Assembly (NCBI GenBank): GCA_963768055.1
Contig: CAVYGN010000001.1
Location: 672,001-736,000 of the forward strand
Reading direction: 5' to 3'
DNA length: 64,000 bases
Source: an uncultured Spirochaetota bacterium
GTDB taxonomy: Bacteria > Spirochaetota > Brevinematia > Brevinematales > JAOACQ01
The number at the start of each line of letters is the position of its first letter. Positions within the stretch are counted from its first letter, which is position 1. Position numbers and translations under genes: made by a program. The notes below the pieces were generated by a model. The model did no database searches. It was not told where the DNA came from and worked only from the letters and a program-made list of their open reading frames with translations. Below are positions 54,561 to 64,000 of this stretch, piece after piece.

Positions 54561-54890
54561 ATGAAAATTGAAAATCTGCCATTTATTGTATCTGATTGGA
54601 ATAAAGGAAATAGTCAAAGAGTAAATGGTGAAAGTGGATTCTCGGATATTAAAATATTTGAGCAGGGTAATATCAGAGTTAGATTAGTCGAGTATTCACC
54701 TAATTACAAAGCAGACCATTGGTGCAAAAAAGGGCATATTGTTTTTATTATTGATGGAGATGTAATGATAGAAATAGAAGACGGAAGAAAATATGAACTA
54801 TCAAAGGGTATGAGTTTTCAAGTAGCTGATAATATCGATGCGCATAAAGCCTATTCTGTTAAAGGGGCGAAAGCATTTATTGTGGATTAA
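54561..54890 (+). CDS. DHCW-motif cupin fold protein
   Basis: 'RVRLVEYSPNYKADHWCKKGH'. Confidence 0.8.
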   Translation: MKIENLPFIVSDWNKGNSQRVNGESGFSDIKIFEQGNIRVRLVEYSPNYKADHWCKKGHIVFIIDGDVMIEIEDGRKYELSKGMSFQVADNIDAHKAYSVKGAKAFIVD

Positions 54891-54965
54891 TGAGAATTGT
54901 CGCTTCCGTCCCCACTGCTTTTTCCTGCTATGAGGGAGGTTAGAAATGAATTTTGAGGTCATTTT

Positions 54966-55820
54966 ATGATAGATTTAAAATTATTAAAAAAAATAGCAAC
55001 AGGCGGTCAGGCAGAAATATTTGAAATTAATGAAAATATGGTTTTAAGGTTGCTTTATAGGGAAGAAGACAACATTTTAGCCGAATATGAATTTAAATCA
55101 TTGCAAATTGCAAAACAGAATGGAATATATGTACCCGCTGTTTTTGAGATAGTAAATGTTGATAATAGACCTGGCATAATAATGGAAAAAACTAATGGTA
55201 TTACAATGACAAAAATGATTCAAGCAAATCCTTTTAAATTGTTTAAAAAAGCGAAAGAACTTGGTGAACTTCATTACAATTTAAATAAAATTGATGCCCC
55301 CGAAGGTTTTATAAATTTAAAGCAAATGGCAATGAAATTTGTTGAAAAATCGACTTTTATTGATTCGGAAATTAAGAATTTTGTTTATATGATATTAGGG
55401 CAATTACCAGACGGTGTTAAATTGTGCCACGGAGATTTTCATCCCGGGAATATTATTATCAGAGATAGCAACTCATATATAATAGATTGGTGTGGGGCAA
55501 CAAGCTCTGACCCCATTGCAGATGTCGCTGATACATATTTAATATTAAAAAATATGCCGAGATTGCCAGATATATCATTCTTTTCTTATCAAATTATGAA
55601 ATTAGCCGGATTGTTAGTTGCTAAAACGTATTTTAATTCATATAACCGTCATTATAAAATTGACACAAATCTGTTTTCCAAATGGCTGGTAGTTAGAGCT
55701 GCTGAAAGAACATATTATGGAATGTCCTCTGAAAAGGTGGCTTTAGTAAAATTCATTTATAAATGCTATAATGAATATTCTAATCGGAAAGATAATTATA
55801 AGTGGTATAAATTCTTATAG
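54966..55820 (+). CDS. Aminoglycoside phosphotransferase/choline kinase-like protein
   Basis: 'HGDFHPGN', 'IIDW', 'DPIAD'. Confidence 0.75.
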   Translation: MIDLKLLKKIATGGQAEIFEINENMVLRLLYREEDNILAEYEFKSLQIAKQNGIYVPAVFEIVNVDNRPGIIMEKTNGITMTKMIQANPFKLFKKAKELGELHYNLNKIDAPEGFINLKQMAMKFVEKSTFIDSEIKNFVYMILGQLPDGVKLCHGDFHPGNIIIRDSNSYIIDWCGATSSDPIADVADTYLILKNMPRLPDISFFSYQIMKLAGLLVAKTYFNSYNRHYKIDTNLFSKWLVVRAAERTYYGMSSEKVALVKFIYKCYNEYSNRKDNYKWYKFL

Positions 55821-55885
55821 CTCTTCTTCTCCCTCAGTTTGCCTGCTATGAGGGATCGTGCTAATGAATTTGTTCAAGGATATTT

Positions 55886-56401
55886 ATGAAATTAATCGTT
55901 ATTGTTGCACAAGATAAATTCAATAATACTGAATATAAAACGGTCATTAATACACTTGAAAAACATAAAATATTTTTTGAAACAGCATCAGTCTTAAAAT
56001 CAAAAGCAGTCGGTTATGGCTCTTTTTCTATCATGCCAGATAAATCTATCCAGGAATTAATTGTTTCTGATTATGATTGCTTTATCATTATTGGTGGGTC
56101 AGGGTGTAAGAAACATTTATGGGAATATGATATTCTTCACAATAAAATTAAAACTGCTTTTGAAAGCAACAAAATTTTAGCTGCAATTTGTCTGGCACCG
56201 ATATGTTTTATTTATTCGGGAATAATCAAAAACTCTTTTATTACGGCACATAAAACTGCTGAAACATTAAAAATAATAAAAGAAAGCGATAATATTTACA
56301 AAGACAATGATGTATATGTAAATGAAAATATTATTACAGCTAATGGACCAAAAGCATCTTATGAATTTTGTAAGTTAGTAATAAATAAATTAAAAATGTG
56401 A
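55886..56401 (+). CDS. DJ-1/PfpI family protein
   Basis: 'IIGGSG', 'AAICLAP', 'IITANGP'. Confidence 0.8.
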   Translation: MKLIVIVAQDKFNNTEYKTVINTLEKHKIFFETASVLKSKAVGYGSFSIMPDKSIQELIVSDYDCFIIIGGSGCKKHLWEYDILHNKIKTAFESNKILAAICLAPICFIYSGIIKNSFITAHKTAETLKIIKESDNIYKDNDVYVNENIITANGPKASYEFCKLVINKLKM

Positions 56402-56469
56402 GTTTCCTACCTCCCTAAAAAGAATCCCTTCGGTATTTTGTAAATATAATTGGGAAGTTTACTCGTCCA

Positions 56470-57048
56470 GTGCTGAATGCGATTGAAAAAGTGAAGGATT
56501 TGCCAATTGACATTATTGCTCCTTCACATGGACTGGTGTGGAGAAAACATCCCGAACATATTATTGAACTTTATAAGAAATGGTCTGAATATGCTGATGC
56601 CCCGACGGAAACGGGCATTACTCTGATTTATGGAACAATGTATGGAAACACAGATGTGATGATGAATGCAGTAGCTCAAGGAATAGCAAGCGAGGGTGTC
56701 CCTGTCAGTATTTTTGATGCTGCCCGCACTCACCCGAGCTATATCCTTCCATCCCTCTGGACACAGAAAGGTGTTTTAATTGGTGCTCCCACATATGAAG
56801 CAAGCCTTTTCCCTCCAATAGCTCGGATTCTTGAAATAGCCGCTTTAAAAAGAGTTATGAATAAAAAAGCCGCAATGTTCGGCAGCTATGGATGGAGTAA
56901 AGGTGCTTTAACAGAAATTAAAAAGTTGATTGACCCATTGAAATGGGAAATGCCGATGACTTTTGAATTCCCAGGGGGACCAGACAAAGGAAAATTAAAA
57001 CAGGGAGAAGAGTTTGGCGCAGCATTCGCAAGGCTTGTTAAAGCTTAA
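56470..57048 (+). pseudogene. Flavodiiron protein (FprA-like) C-terminal fragment
   Basis: 'IAPSHGLVW', 'YGTMYGNT', 'GAPTY', 'FGSYGWS'; N-terminal MBL domain largely missing. Confidence 0.75.
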
Positions 57049-57417
57049 GAATAAACAGAAAATAAGCGATATGTATGTTCTCGACATGATTTCCCTGCTC
57101 CTTCTGCTTTGCCTCACCTCACCCTTGTACAGCATTGCCGGACTCCTATGAATTTTGATAAATCTCAAGGACAGGATTAGAATAATAGTGAGTGGAGGGT
57201 ATATGACAAAAGAAATATTCCTTCTATTAAATCTGGTTCTTGCTTTCGAAGGATGAATCTGGCGGTAAGAGTGTTTATCTGTCAAAGATTTTAAAGACTC
57301 ATTGGATAAGAACGGTACTATGGAATGCAAACGGTTTGATGCTTCTATTTGTGACCATTCAGATTTTATCTAAGTAGTTTAGAGTTGGGGCTCCAAAATT
57401 TTATGAAAGGATTGAAT

Positions 57418-58245
57418 ATGAAAAAAGCCTTTTTAATAGTAAGTAGTCTTTTTATCTTAACCTTATCAGCATATAGCGTTGAAAATTCCTCTTCAAAAAA
57501 TAACATCTTTATTAAAGATTTGAGCACCTATTTTACAAATTATGATGGCTGTTTTGTGCTATATGACAATTCTAAAGGAATATATACAATATATAACGAA
57601 GAAAAAAGCATGAAAGAAATATCCCCCTGTTCCTCATTTAAAGCAATAAATTCTCTTATTGGCTTAGAAACAAAAGTTGTTGATGATGAGAAAACAGTCT
57701 TTAAATGGAATGGGACAAAATATCCAATGGATTCCTGGAACCAGGATCTTAATATGGCACAGGCAATATCTCTTTCGGCTTACTGGTATTATCAAATTGT
57801 TGCAAAGAATGTTGGTGAAAAAAGGATGCAATATTATTTAAATGCTATTGATTATGGTAATAAAGATATATCAGGTGGGATAACTCAATTCTGGGAGCAA
57901 TCTTCATTAAAAATCTCTCCAAAAGAGACAGTTGATGTTTTGAGGAAAATTTACTTTTATAACGTCCCTTTTTCCCGAAGAAATATTGGCATTCTTAAAA
58001 AAATAATACGATTAAAAGAGCAGAATGGTATTATCTTATATGGGAAAACTGGAACTGGTTTATCAAGCTCTGGATTTGCTTTTAATCCTGGTGATGAGAG
58101 CATAAATGGATGGTTTATTGGATTTGTTGAAAATAATGGGAAAGTTTATTTTTTTGCGACAAATATAGGTGCTAAAAAAAATGCTACTGGATGGGTGGCA
58201 AAGGATATAACTTTGAATATATTGAAAAATAAAAATATATTGTAA
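57418..58245 (+). CDS. Class D beta-lactamase-like (OXA/BlaR1-sensor-like) protein
   Basis: Signal peptide; 'PCSSFK', 'SAYWYY', 'YGN', 'FWEQSSLKIS', 'GKTG'. Confidence 0.8.
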   Translation: MKKAFLIVSSLFILTLSAYSVENSSSKNNIFIKDLSTYFTNYDGCFVLYDNSKGIYTIYNEEKSMKEISPCSSFKAINSLIGLETKVVDDEKTVFKWNGTKYPMDSWNQDLNMAQAISLSAYWYYQIVAKNVGEKRMQYYLNAIDYGNKDISGGITQFWEQSSLKISPKETVDVLRKIYFYNVPFSRRNIGILKKIIRLKEQNGIILYGKTGTGLSSSGFAFNPGDESINGWFIGFVENNGKVYFFATNIGAKKNATGWVAKDITLNILKNKNIL

Positions 58246-58291
58246 AATAGCTCTTCCGCTCCCTCTGCTTTGCCTGCTATGAGAAGGTATT

Positions 58292-58990
58292 ATGAAAGAA
58301 GAAATCAAAACAATTAAATTAGGTATAGTTAATTGCTTCCTTATAAAATCTGATATAGGTTTTATGTTAATAGACACTGGATTTTCAAGCAGCCGTATTA
58401 AACTTGAAAATGAACTTGATTGCGCAGGGTGTCTCCCTGGAAATCTTAAATTAATTGTTTTGACTCATGGTGATGCTGACCATACTGGCAATGCTGATTT
58501 CATCCGTAATAAATATAATTCAAAAATAGCTTTGAATAAAAATGATTTAATGATGGTCGAAAGTTTTATTGAGCAAGCAAATAGTTTAAAGAATAGAGAA
58601 ACCAGTCTTTTGATTACTGGAATTATTTTAAGATTAAGTATGGCTATCACCAGTTTGAAATTTATAAATAATAAACTTAAAGCTAATTATATTAGTTTTA
58701 AACCCGATTTATATTTAGAGGACGAACAGGATTTAAAGGGATACGGGTTCAATGCGAAAGTAATTCATATTCCCGGACACACAAAAGGTTCAATTGGTAT
58801 TTTGACTGAAAATTATGACTTAATTTGTGGAGATATTCTAAGGAATTATGGAAAACCAGCGATATGTCCTCAAGGTGAAGATTTAAAAGTTCTTTATTCA
58901 AGTATCGAAAAAATTAAGAAATTAAAAATCAGAATGGTATATCCTGGTCATGGTAAACCGTTTAAAATGGACGATTTATTTAAAAATTAA
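58292..58990 (+). CDS. MBL-fold metallo-hydrolase
   Basis: 'THGDADHTG', 'PGHTKG', 'PGHG'. Confidence 0.85.
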   Translation: MKEEIKTIKLGIVNCFLIKSDIGFMLIDTGFSSSRIKLENELDCAGCLPGNLKLIVLTHGDADHTGNADFIRNKYNSKIALNKNDLMMVESFIEQANSLKNRETSLLITGIILRLSMAITSLKFINNKLKANYISFKPDLYLEDEQDLKGYGFNAKVIHIPGHTKGSIGILTENYDLICGDILRNYGKPAICPQGEDLKVLYSSIEKIKKLKIRMVYPGHGKPFKMDDLFKN

Positions 58991-59347
58991 AAAGAAAAAT
59001 AAATATGCAATTCCTGATACTTCCCATTTCTAATGTTTGTCCTTGTAATTGGCTTCATATTGGGCTTAGTATTGGAAATACATAAATATTGGTTTATCCT
59101 GGATTTTTTAGTCATTATAATTTGTGGGATCAGCGGTGTAGTGCTTTTAATTGAAAAAAAAGGCAGTAAATAAAATTTAAAGCTTATTCTTCCGCTCCCT
59201 CTGCTTTGCCTTCCTTCCCTTTTTCCAGCTTGCCACACTCCATTGAATTGATAAAAGCGCCAAGGGAAGATAGAATAAGGGATTATTCTTATATAAGAAG
59301 CGGCATATTTTGTGTTATAAAGATTGCTTTACCCCATTATTTTGTAT

Positions 59348-59746
59348 TTAAACAAAATTCTGAATCCTGAATGGTTCTCCGATTTCAACTATGTGATTAT
59401 CGGGATCATAAAATCTGAATACATTTTGCCCCCAAGCCTGTTTTTCAATCTCATGTATAAATTTTACATTCCCATCTTTAATCCTTTCAAATGCATCTTC
59501 CAAATGATCGCATTCAAAATAAATAAGCAGATTTTTGCTGCCCTGTTTGAATTTTGAAAATAATCGATCTTTCTTAAAAACAGTTTTAATCAGGTTTCGG
59601 GAATTATGAATAACGAAATGATCCTCAAAAATGACTATGGTACCGTAGTCTTCTAAAACGTGTAAACCAAGTAATTCAATATAAAACCTTTTTGAAAGGC
59701 TGATATTTTTGACAAAAACAATTGTGTTTACAAATTTTACTTTCAT
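59348..59746 (-). CDS. VOC/glyoxalase family protein
   Basis: 'SKRFY..LLG', 'WGQNVFRFYDPDNHIVEIGE'. Confidence 0.85.
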   Translation of the reverse strand: MKVKFVNTIVFVKNISLSKRFYIELLGLHVLEDYGTIVIFEDHFVIHNSRNLIKTVFKKDRLFSKFKQGSKNLLIYFECDHLEDAFERIKDGNVKFIHEIEKQAWGQNVFRFYDPDNHIVEIGEPFRIQNFV

Positions 59747-60664
59747 AGTTTTTCCTTATAATATAACTAAATAGAATAAGTATTTTAAAAGAGAATTTAT
59801 CTTTGTCAAGAGGACAGGCAAGAGTATTTTATTATAGATTCATTTGTATCAATATCATGCTCAGAATATATAACAGTGGCTAAAACTCTTATGATCCTCC
59901 CTTATGCCCCGCCTGCCTTCCCCCCTTTCCAGCTTTGCCTGACAAATGAAATTTTGATAAAAACGCCAAGAGGGTATAGAATAAGGTAATGGGATTAAAA
60001 GGTTAAATCATTATTTTGGAGGTTTTATGTTTAAGAGAGCTGTACTAATAAATTATATATTATTTTAGTGATTGAGATGAGTTATGGCAAAGAATGTTTT
60101 TGAAATTTTATTATATAGAATTAAACGTGAAGAATTTTATTTAAAATACCGAAATGCATTGAATATTAAATTATCTGAATTTTATACAGAAAAAGATCCT
60201 AATGCTTTAAATTTCGAGGATTTATTTTTGAACTTATGGAGGGCCTTGGGAATACAATCGGGTAATCGGCGCAATTAAAATATATATTTTTGGAAACCAA
60301 ATAAGAGGAGATTTATGGTTATCCGGGAAAAAAAGATATTTAAAAATAATGACTAATAAAAACATTCATAGCTTTGATAAAGCATTTGAAATTAACAGTA
60401 TTTGATAATATGACAAATTATGATATTTCTAAAAAAATAAAGGAAAGAACTTATGAGTATTTTTCGCAATACTTTGTATTGTGCTTCAAGCTCTCTTTCT
60501 TCTTCACTGTCAGAATAATCAGGCGGAATGATTGGCATAAGGGCTCCTTGTTGACTTTTTATTTTCTTTAATTATAATTTGTTTTTAACAATTTGTAAGT
60601 GATAAAAGTATTTAACAGATTGATTATCATTGTATAAAATAACATTTGATTTTAGGGGCTGCTA

Positions 60665-61993
60665 ATGTATAAAAATTTCTTTTTTACTCTTTTTATTTCA
60701 TTTGTTATTACTGGACTGTTATGGCCGCAAAATATCGAAATGAAATCTGTAACAGTCGCTGGTTTCATTAACAAAGGCAAAGCAAATCAGGCTAATATAA
60801 ATATAATGATGGGAAAATCTTTATCTACTTTCCTGGCTAAAATATCAAAAAATATAACACCATTTAAAGATGTTGAAGAAACTGCTTTAAGCAATTCTTT
60901 TTGGAGTCAGAAAGAGTTAAAAAGCAGTCAGGCAATCAATATAGCCCAACAGTTTTCAACTGAACAAGTAATAACGGGCGATTATCTGGTTAATGATAGT
61001 GGAATTATTACCATCAACGTTTATGTTTATAATGTCATAAATGGAGATTTACTGTTTAAAAGGACTTATAAGGGAGATGCTGGCCCAGAAATCTTTGATA
61101 CTATCGATAAAATGATACTGGATGTATCAGGTCTTCTTGTTGGAAAAACAATTTCTCTGGGTTATTTACAAGTTTCTATAAAGCCTAAAGATGTGAATTA
61201 CAGGCTATTCATCAATGATTCTTTTGTTAAAGTGATAAACAATCAAAATGGATACTTTGACAAATTTATAGCAGGTCAATCCATAGATATCAGCCTTAAA
61301 TCAGAGAAATCTGATGATGAAGCAATGAGGAAAATTGTCGAGATTAAAGGAGGAAATACTAATGAATTAGATTTCAATCCTTCTGGGACATTAATGATAG
61401 AGGCAATGGAAGAGGGGTTTGATGTTTATTTAAACGGGGTGAAAAAAGGTAAAACTGACAGCTCGGGGGAATTTGTTATCTCAGGTGTTGAATCTGCCAA
61501 AGATAATGCCATTCAATTAAAAAAGGGTGATGCATTATTATCTGAAACGAATATTGTAATCAAAGAAGGAGCAACAAAAGCCATTATTTTTAAACTATCT
61601 GGAGCTCAACCAATTGAAAATAAACAAAACGATGAAATTGAAGTCTGGTCAAAATATCCAAATGGAATAAAATATGTTGCAAAAAAAAGCGGGATATATA
61701 AATTTGAATTTAACAGAGGGGCATATAGAGATCAAGCAGCCAATAATTGGGAAACTCTTATCCTAATTTATACAAATAGAAATATCGTTACAGAAAGTGG
61801 TTTTCCAGTAAGATTTGATTTTAAAATTGGCAGCGCTGTTTATGAATCAACCTTGGAAAAAGCGGAACAAAAAGCGATTGGCCAAAATATATCTATTGAG
61901 ATGCAGAAAAACGATTTTGTTATTTTTGTGGATAAGCCAATTAACTATAATAATAGCTTAGGTAGTGTTTATTTAACTGTAAATCTGGAATAA
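60665..61993 (+). CDS. Exported hypothetical protein with PEGA-like segment
   Basis: Signal peptide; 'GFDVYLNGVKKGKT'. Confidence 0.55.
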   Translation: MYKNFFFTLFISFVITGLLWPQNIEMKSVTVAGFINKGKANQANINIMMGKSLSTFLAKISKNITPFKDVEETALSNSFWSQKELKSSQAINIAQQFSTEQVITGDYLVNDSGIITINVYVYNVINGDLLFKRTYKGDAGPEIFDTIDKMILDVSGLLVGKTISLGYLQVSIKPKDVNYRLFINDSFVKVINNQNGYFDKFIAGQSIDISLKSEKSDDEAMRKIVEIKGGNTNELDFNPSGTLMIEAMEEGFDVYLNGVKKGKTDSSGEFVISGVESAKDNAIQLKKGDALLSETNIVIKEGATKAIIFKLSGAQPIENKQNDEIEVWSKYPNGIKYVAKKSGIYKFEFNRGAYRDQAANNWETLILIYTNRNIVTESGFPVRFDFKIGSAVYESTLEKAEQKAIGQNISIEMQKNDFVIFVDKPINYNNSLGSVYLTVNLE

Positions 61994-62031
61994 TATTAGA
62001 TTATTTTTAGTAATTTGATGATTTATTGCAA

Positions 62032-62238
62032 TTAATCCTCTGCCAATTCCAGCACTTTCTCACCCTGGAGCTTAGTTTTAAGGGTCTCCCTGATTATTTC
62101 ATCTGATGCAGGCGCTTCTAAGGTAAGGGTAGCGATATTTTGACCGTTATCCAGTATTTCAGTAAGACAGGTTTCATCAAACTGCTTGGTCTGTATCCAA
62201 TATAATCTCCCGCTGAATTCAATATAATGTGGCTGCAT
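62032..62238 (-). CDS. Small hypothetical protein
   Basis: 68 aa with strong RBS (AAGGAGG on the minus strand). Confidence 0.45.
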   Translation of the reverse strand: MQPHYIEFSGRLYWIQTKQFDETCLTEILDNGQNIATLTLEAPASDEIIRETLKTKLQGEKVLELAED

Positions 62239-62399
62239 ATTGCCCTCCTTGTGAAAATATCGGATAAATTTAAAATGGAATAAGGGGAAGATAAGGAGTC
62301 TGGCAAGCCAGAATAATCTTTTTGAGGCTATGAAAATTGGAAATTTTGATAAAAGCGCTAAGAGGGGATAGAATAAAGGAAATTTTAAGGGGATTAGAT

Positions 62400-62702
62400 A
62401 TGGTTAGAGTATTAGTTTTATATCCGAGAATTGAAGGCAAAAAGTTTGATTTTAATTATTACAAAAATCATCATATGAAATTGGTAAAAGAAAAATTAAA
62501 CCCTGTTAAAGTTGAGATTGATTTTGGGATTGTTAATCAGGAAAATCCATCACCATATATTGTGGTCAGCCACATGATTTTTGAATCACAAGAGCAGCTG
62601 ACAAATCGTTATAAGGAATTCTCAAAAATATTAAATGAGGATAAGCTGAAATTCACTGATATTGATATAATTAGACAGATAAGTGAAATAATTGATTTAT
62701 AG
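62400..62702 (+). CDS. EthD family protein
   Basis: 'VLYP...FDFNYYKNHHMKLV', 'FTDI...QISE'. Confidence 0.75.
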   Translation: MVRVLVLYPRIEGKKFDFNYYKNHHMKLVKEKLNPVKVEIDFGIVNQENPSPYIVVSHMIFESQEQLTNRYKEFSKILNEDKLKFTDIDIIRQISEIIDL

Positions 62703-62804
62703 GTTTTTTGTTCAAGTGTTTGAAAACCCGCATGTTCTTTTCCGAATAAAGAAATTTTGATAAATCAATGGGACGGTATTAGAATAATGATTTGGATGGT
62801 TCAA

Positions 62805-63170
62805 ATGAATAATAATTATCACGGAATAATACTTAATGTGAGTCAAGTAAACCAGTCAATATTTAATTCTTTAAAGATTATTGGAAAACTTAAAGTAAAA
62901 AATTCAAATTGGATATTGTATAAGGTTGAAATTAATCCTAATGATTTAGATGTTATAACATTAATCCTGCAAGAAAACATGAATGAAAATAAATTTTATT
63001 TCCATTTCTATAGAAATAATGAATTAATTATTGTATTTAAAAATCGAATATTTAAAATATCAACAGAGAAATCAACCTGGTCAGAAGCTATAGAATATGG
63101 AAAATCACTTGCAATTCCGGAAAAGCAGCTTGATTTTGTGCCCAATAGAATTGAAGATGAAACATATTAA
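62805..63170 (+). CDS. Hypothetical protein
   Basis: 'FYFHFY..NELIIVFK', 'AIEYGKSLAIPEKQLDF'. Confidence 0.6.
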   Translation: MNNNYHGIILNVSQVNQSIFNSLKIIGKLKVKNSNWILYKVEINPNDLDVITLILQENMNENKFYFHFYRNNELIIVFKNRIFKISTEKSTWSEAIEYGKSLAIPEKQLDFVPNRIEDETY

Positions 63171-63247
63171 ATTTTGCTCTTCCGCTCCATTTGCTCAGCT
63201 TGCTGCGGTTTGGGAGAATAAATGAATTGAAGTTATGGCGGCTTTGA

Positions 63248-63627
63248 ATGAATGAACAAGAGAAATCCGTATTAATTCAAGATTATCAAAACAAGATCCA
63301 TCAATTATTAGAATTAATTATAAACACATCGGATGAAGAATTGGATTATAGACCTCAAAGTTATTTTTGGACAATACGGGAACATACAGCTCATGTTATG
63401 GATTGTGAAATTTTTGGATTTGCACGATATAGAAAATCGATAGCAGAACCGAATTCCCGAGTAGAGGGTTTTAATCAGGATTCATTACAATCAAATCCGG
63501 ATTATTCTAAAATGGATATTTTTAAAGCAACTCAAATAATTCAAATTTTAAATGAAATAACTATAAATCATCTATTATCCATTGTAGATAAAGACTGGAA
63601 TAAATTTTATATCAATCATCCTGAAAG
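63248..63627 (+). pseudogene. DinB-like protein interrupted by IS3 copy 4
   Basis: 'WTIREHTAHVMDCE'; IS begins at 63628. Confidence 0.7.
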
Positions 63628-64000
63628 CGGTTTTTGTCAAGGGAGTTGTCGCTTTTATTTTACGCCGCAACCAACGATTCCTTGTTAGTCTTACTCGGGT
63701 TTAAAAATACCGATTCTATCCGTTCCCATTTTTTAGATTCTCCTGACCATCTTTCAGGATGTCTGCTTTTTGCAGCCGCATAAGTTTCCGCTCTCTTCAG
63801 GAGTATCGCCTTATCTTTACCTTCATGTCTCTGTGCTGGTGTGACATATCCGATCCCTGAATGAAGATGTTTATTATTATACCAGTCTACAAAATTTTGC
63901 ATCCATATTTCTACCGATTCCATTGTCTCGAAATTGCCTGGGTATTTCACATTATATTTCAATGTTTTAAACAATGATTCTGAGTAAGGGTTATCGTTAC
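63628..64000 (-). mobile_element. IS3-family element, copy 4 (cut by window end)
   Basis: Same CGGTTTTTGTCAAGGGAGTTGTCGC end and orfB C-terminus. Confidence 0.9.

Larger units (their letters stand above)
52481..63221 (+). repeat. Junction repeat family, array 3 (about 12 copies; approx. starts 52481, 53808, 54465, 54902, 55820, 57090, 58249, 59187, 59895, 62335, 62751, 63176)
   Basis: Same modules; full-length examples at 57090-57187 and 59187-59280. Confidence 0.9.

Overview
An AT-rich, mostly accessory 64-kb bacterial region, possibly from a spirochaete (tRNA-Arg(GCG), PilZ genes; weak evidence). A short, visibly GC-richer block (about 13.1-17.9 kb: AlkD-like, CAP, MCP, tRNA-Arg, MBL hydrolase, tRNA-Tyr) sits among three long runs of small, unrelated, almost all + strand genes (about 1.4-12 kb, 18.9-44.5 kb, 52.5-64 kb). 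Their cargo is typical of integron cassettes: GNAT, SAM methyltransferases, VOC, DinB, MBL, DJ-1, SMR, APH-like and a class D beta-lactamase-like gene. About 40 of the junctions carry the same co-oriented repeat family, which has no attC consensus. It combines a pyrimidine-rich 5' module (GCTCTTCCnCTCCCTCTGCTTTGCC) with one of several 3' modules that contain sigma70-like -35/17 bp/-10 boxes. The middle array lies in an approximately 34-kb island bounded by the tRNA-Tyr 3' end (17863-17877) and its 15-bp duplicate (52178-52192). The island has GTACCA repeats at 11-bp spacing near both ends and a tyrosine integrase truncated before its catalytic domain. The right junction looks like an attP-type junction with a second tandem element. 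Four copies of an IS3-family element with 7-bp extensions beyond its TG...CA inverted repeats, and two IS21-family elements, have inserted, all antisense to the arrays. Best candidate for a new system: an integron-like array of self-promoting cassettes delimited by non-attC repeats and carried on tRNA-integrated tyrosine-recombinase islands. All protein family calls are from motif recognition by eye, not database searches.
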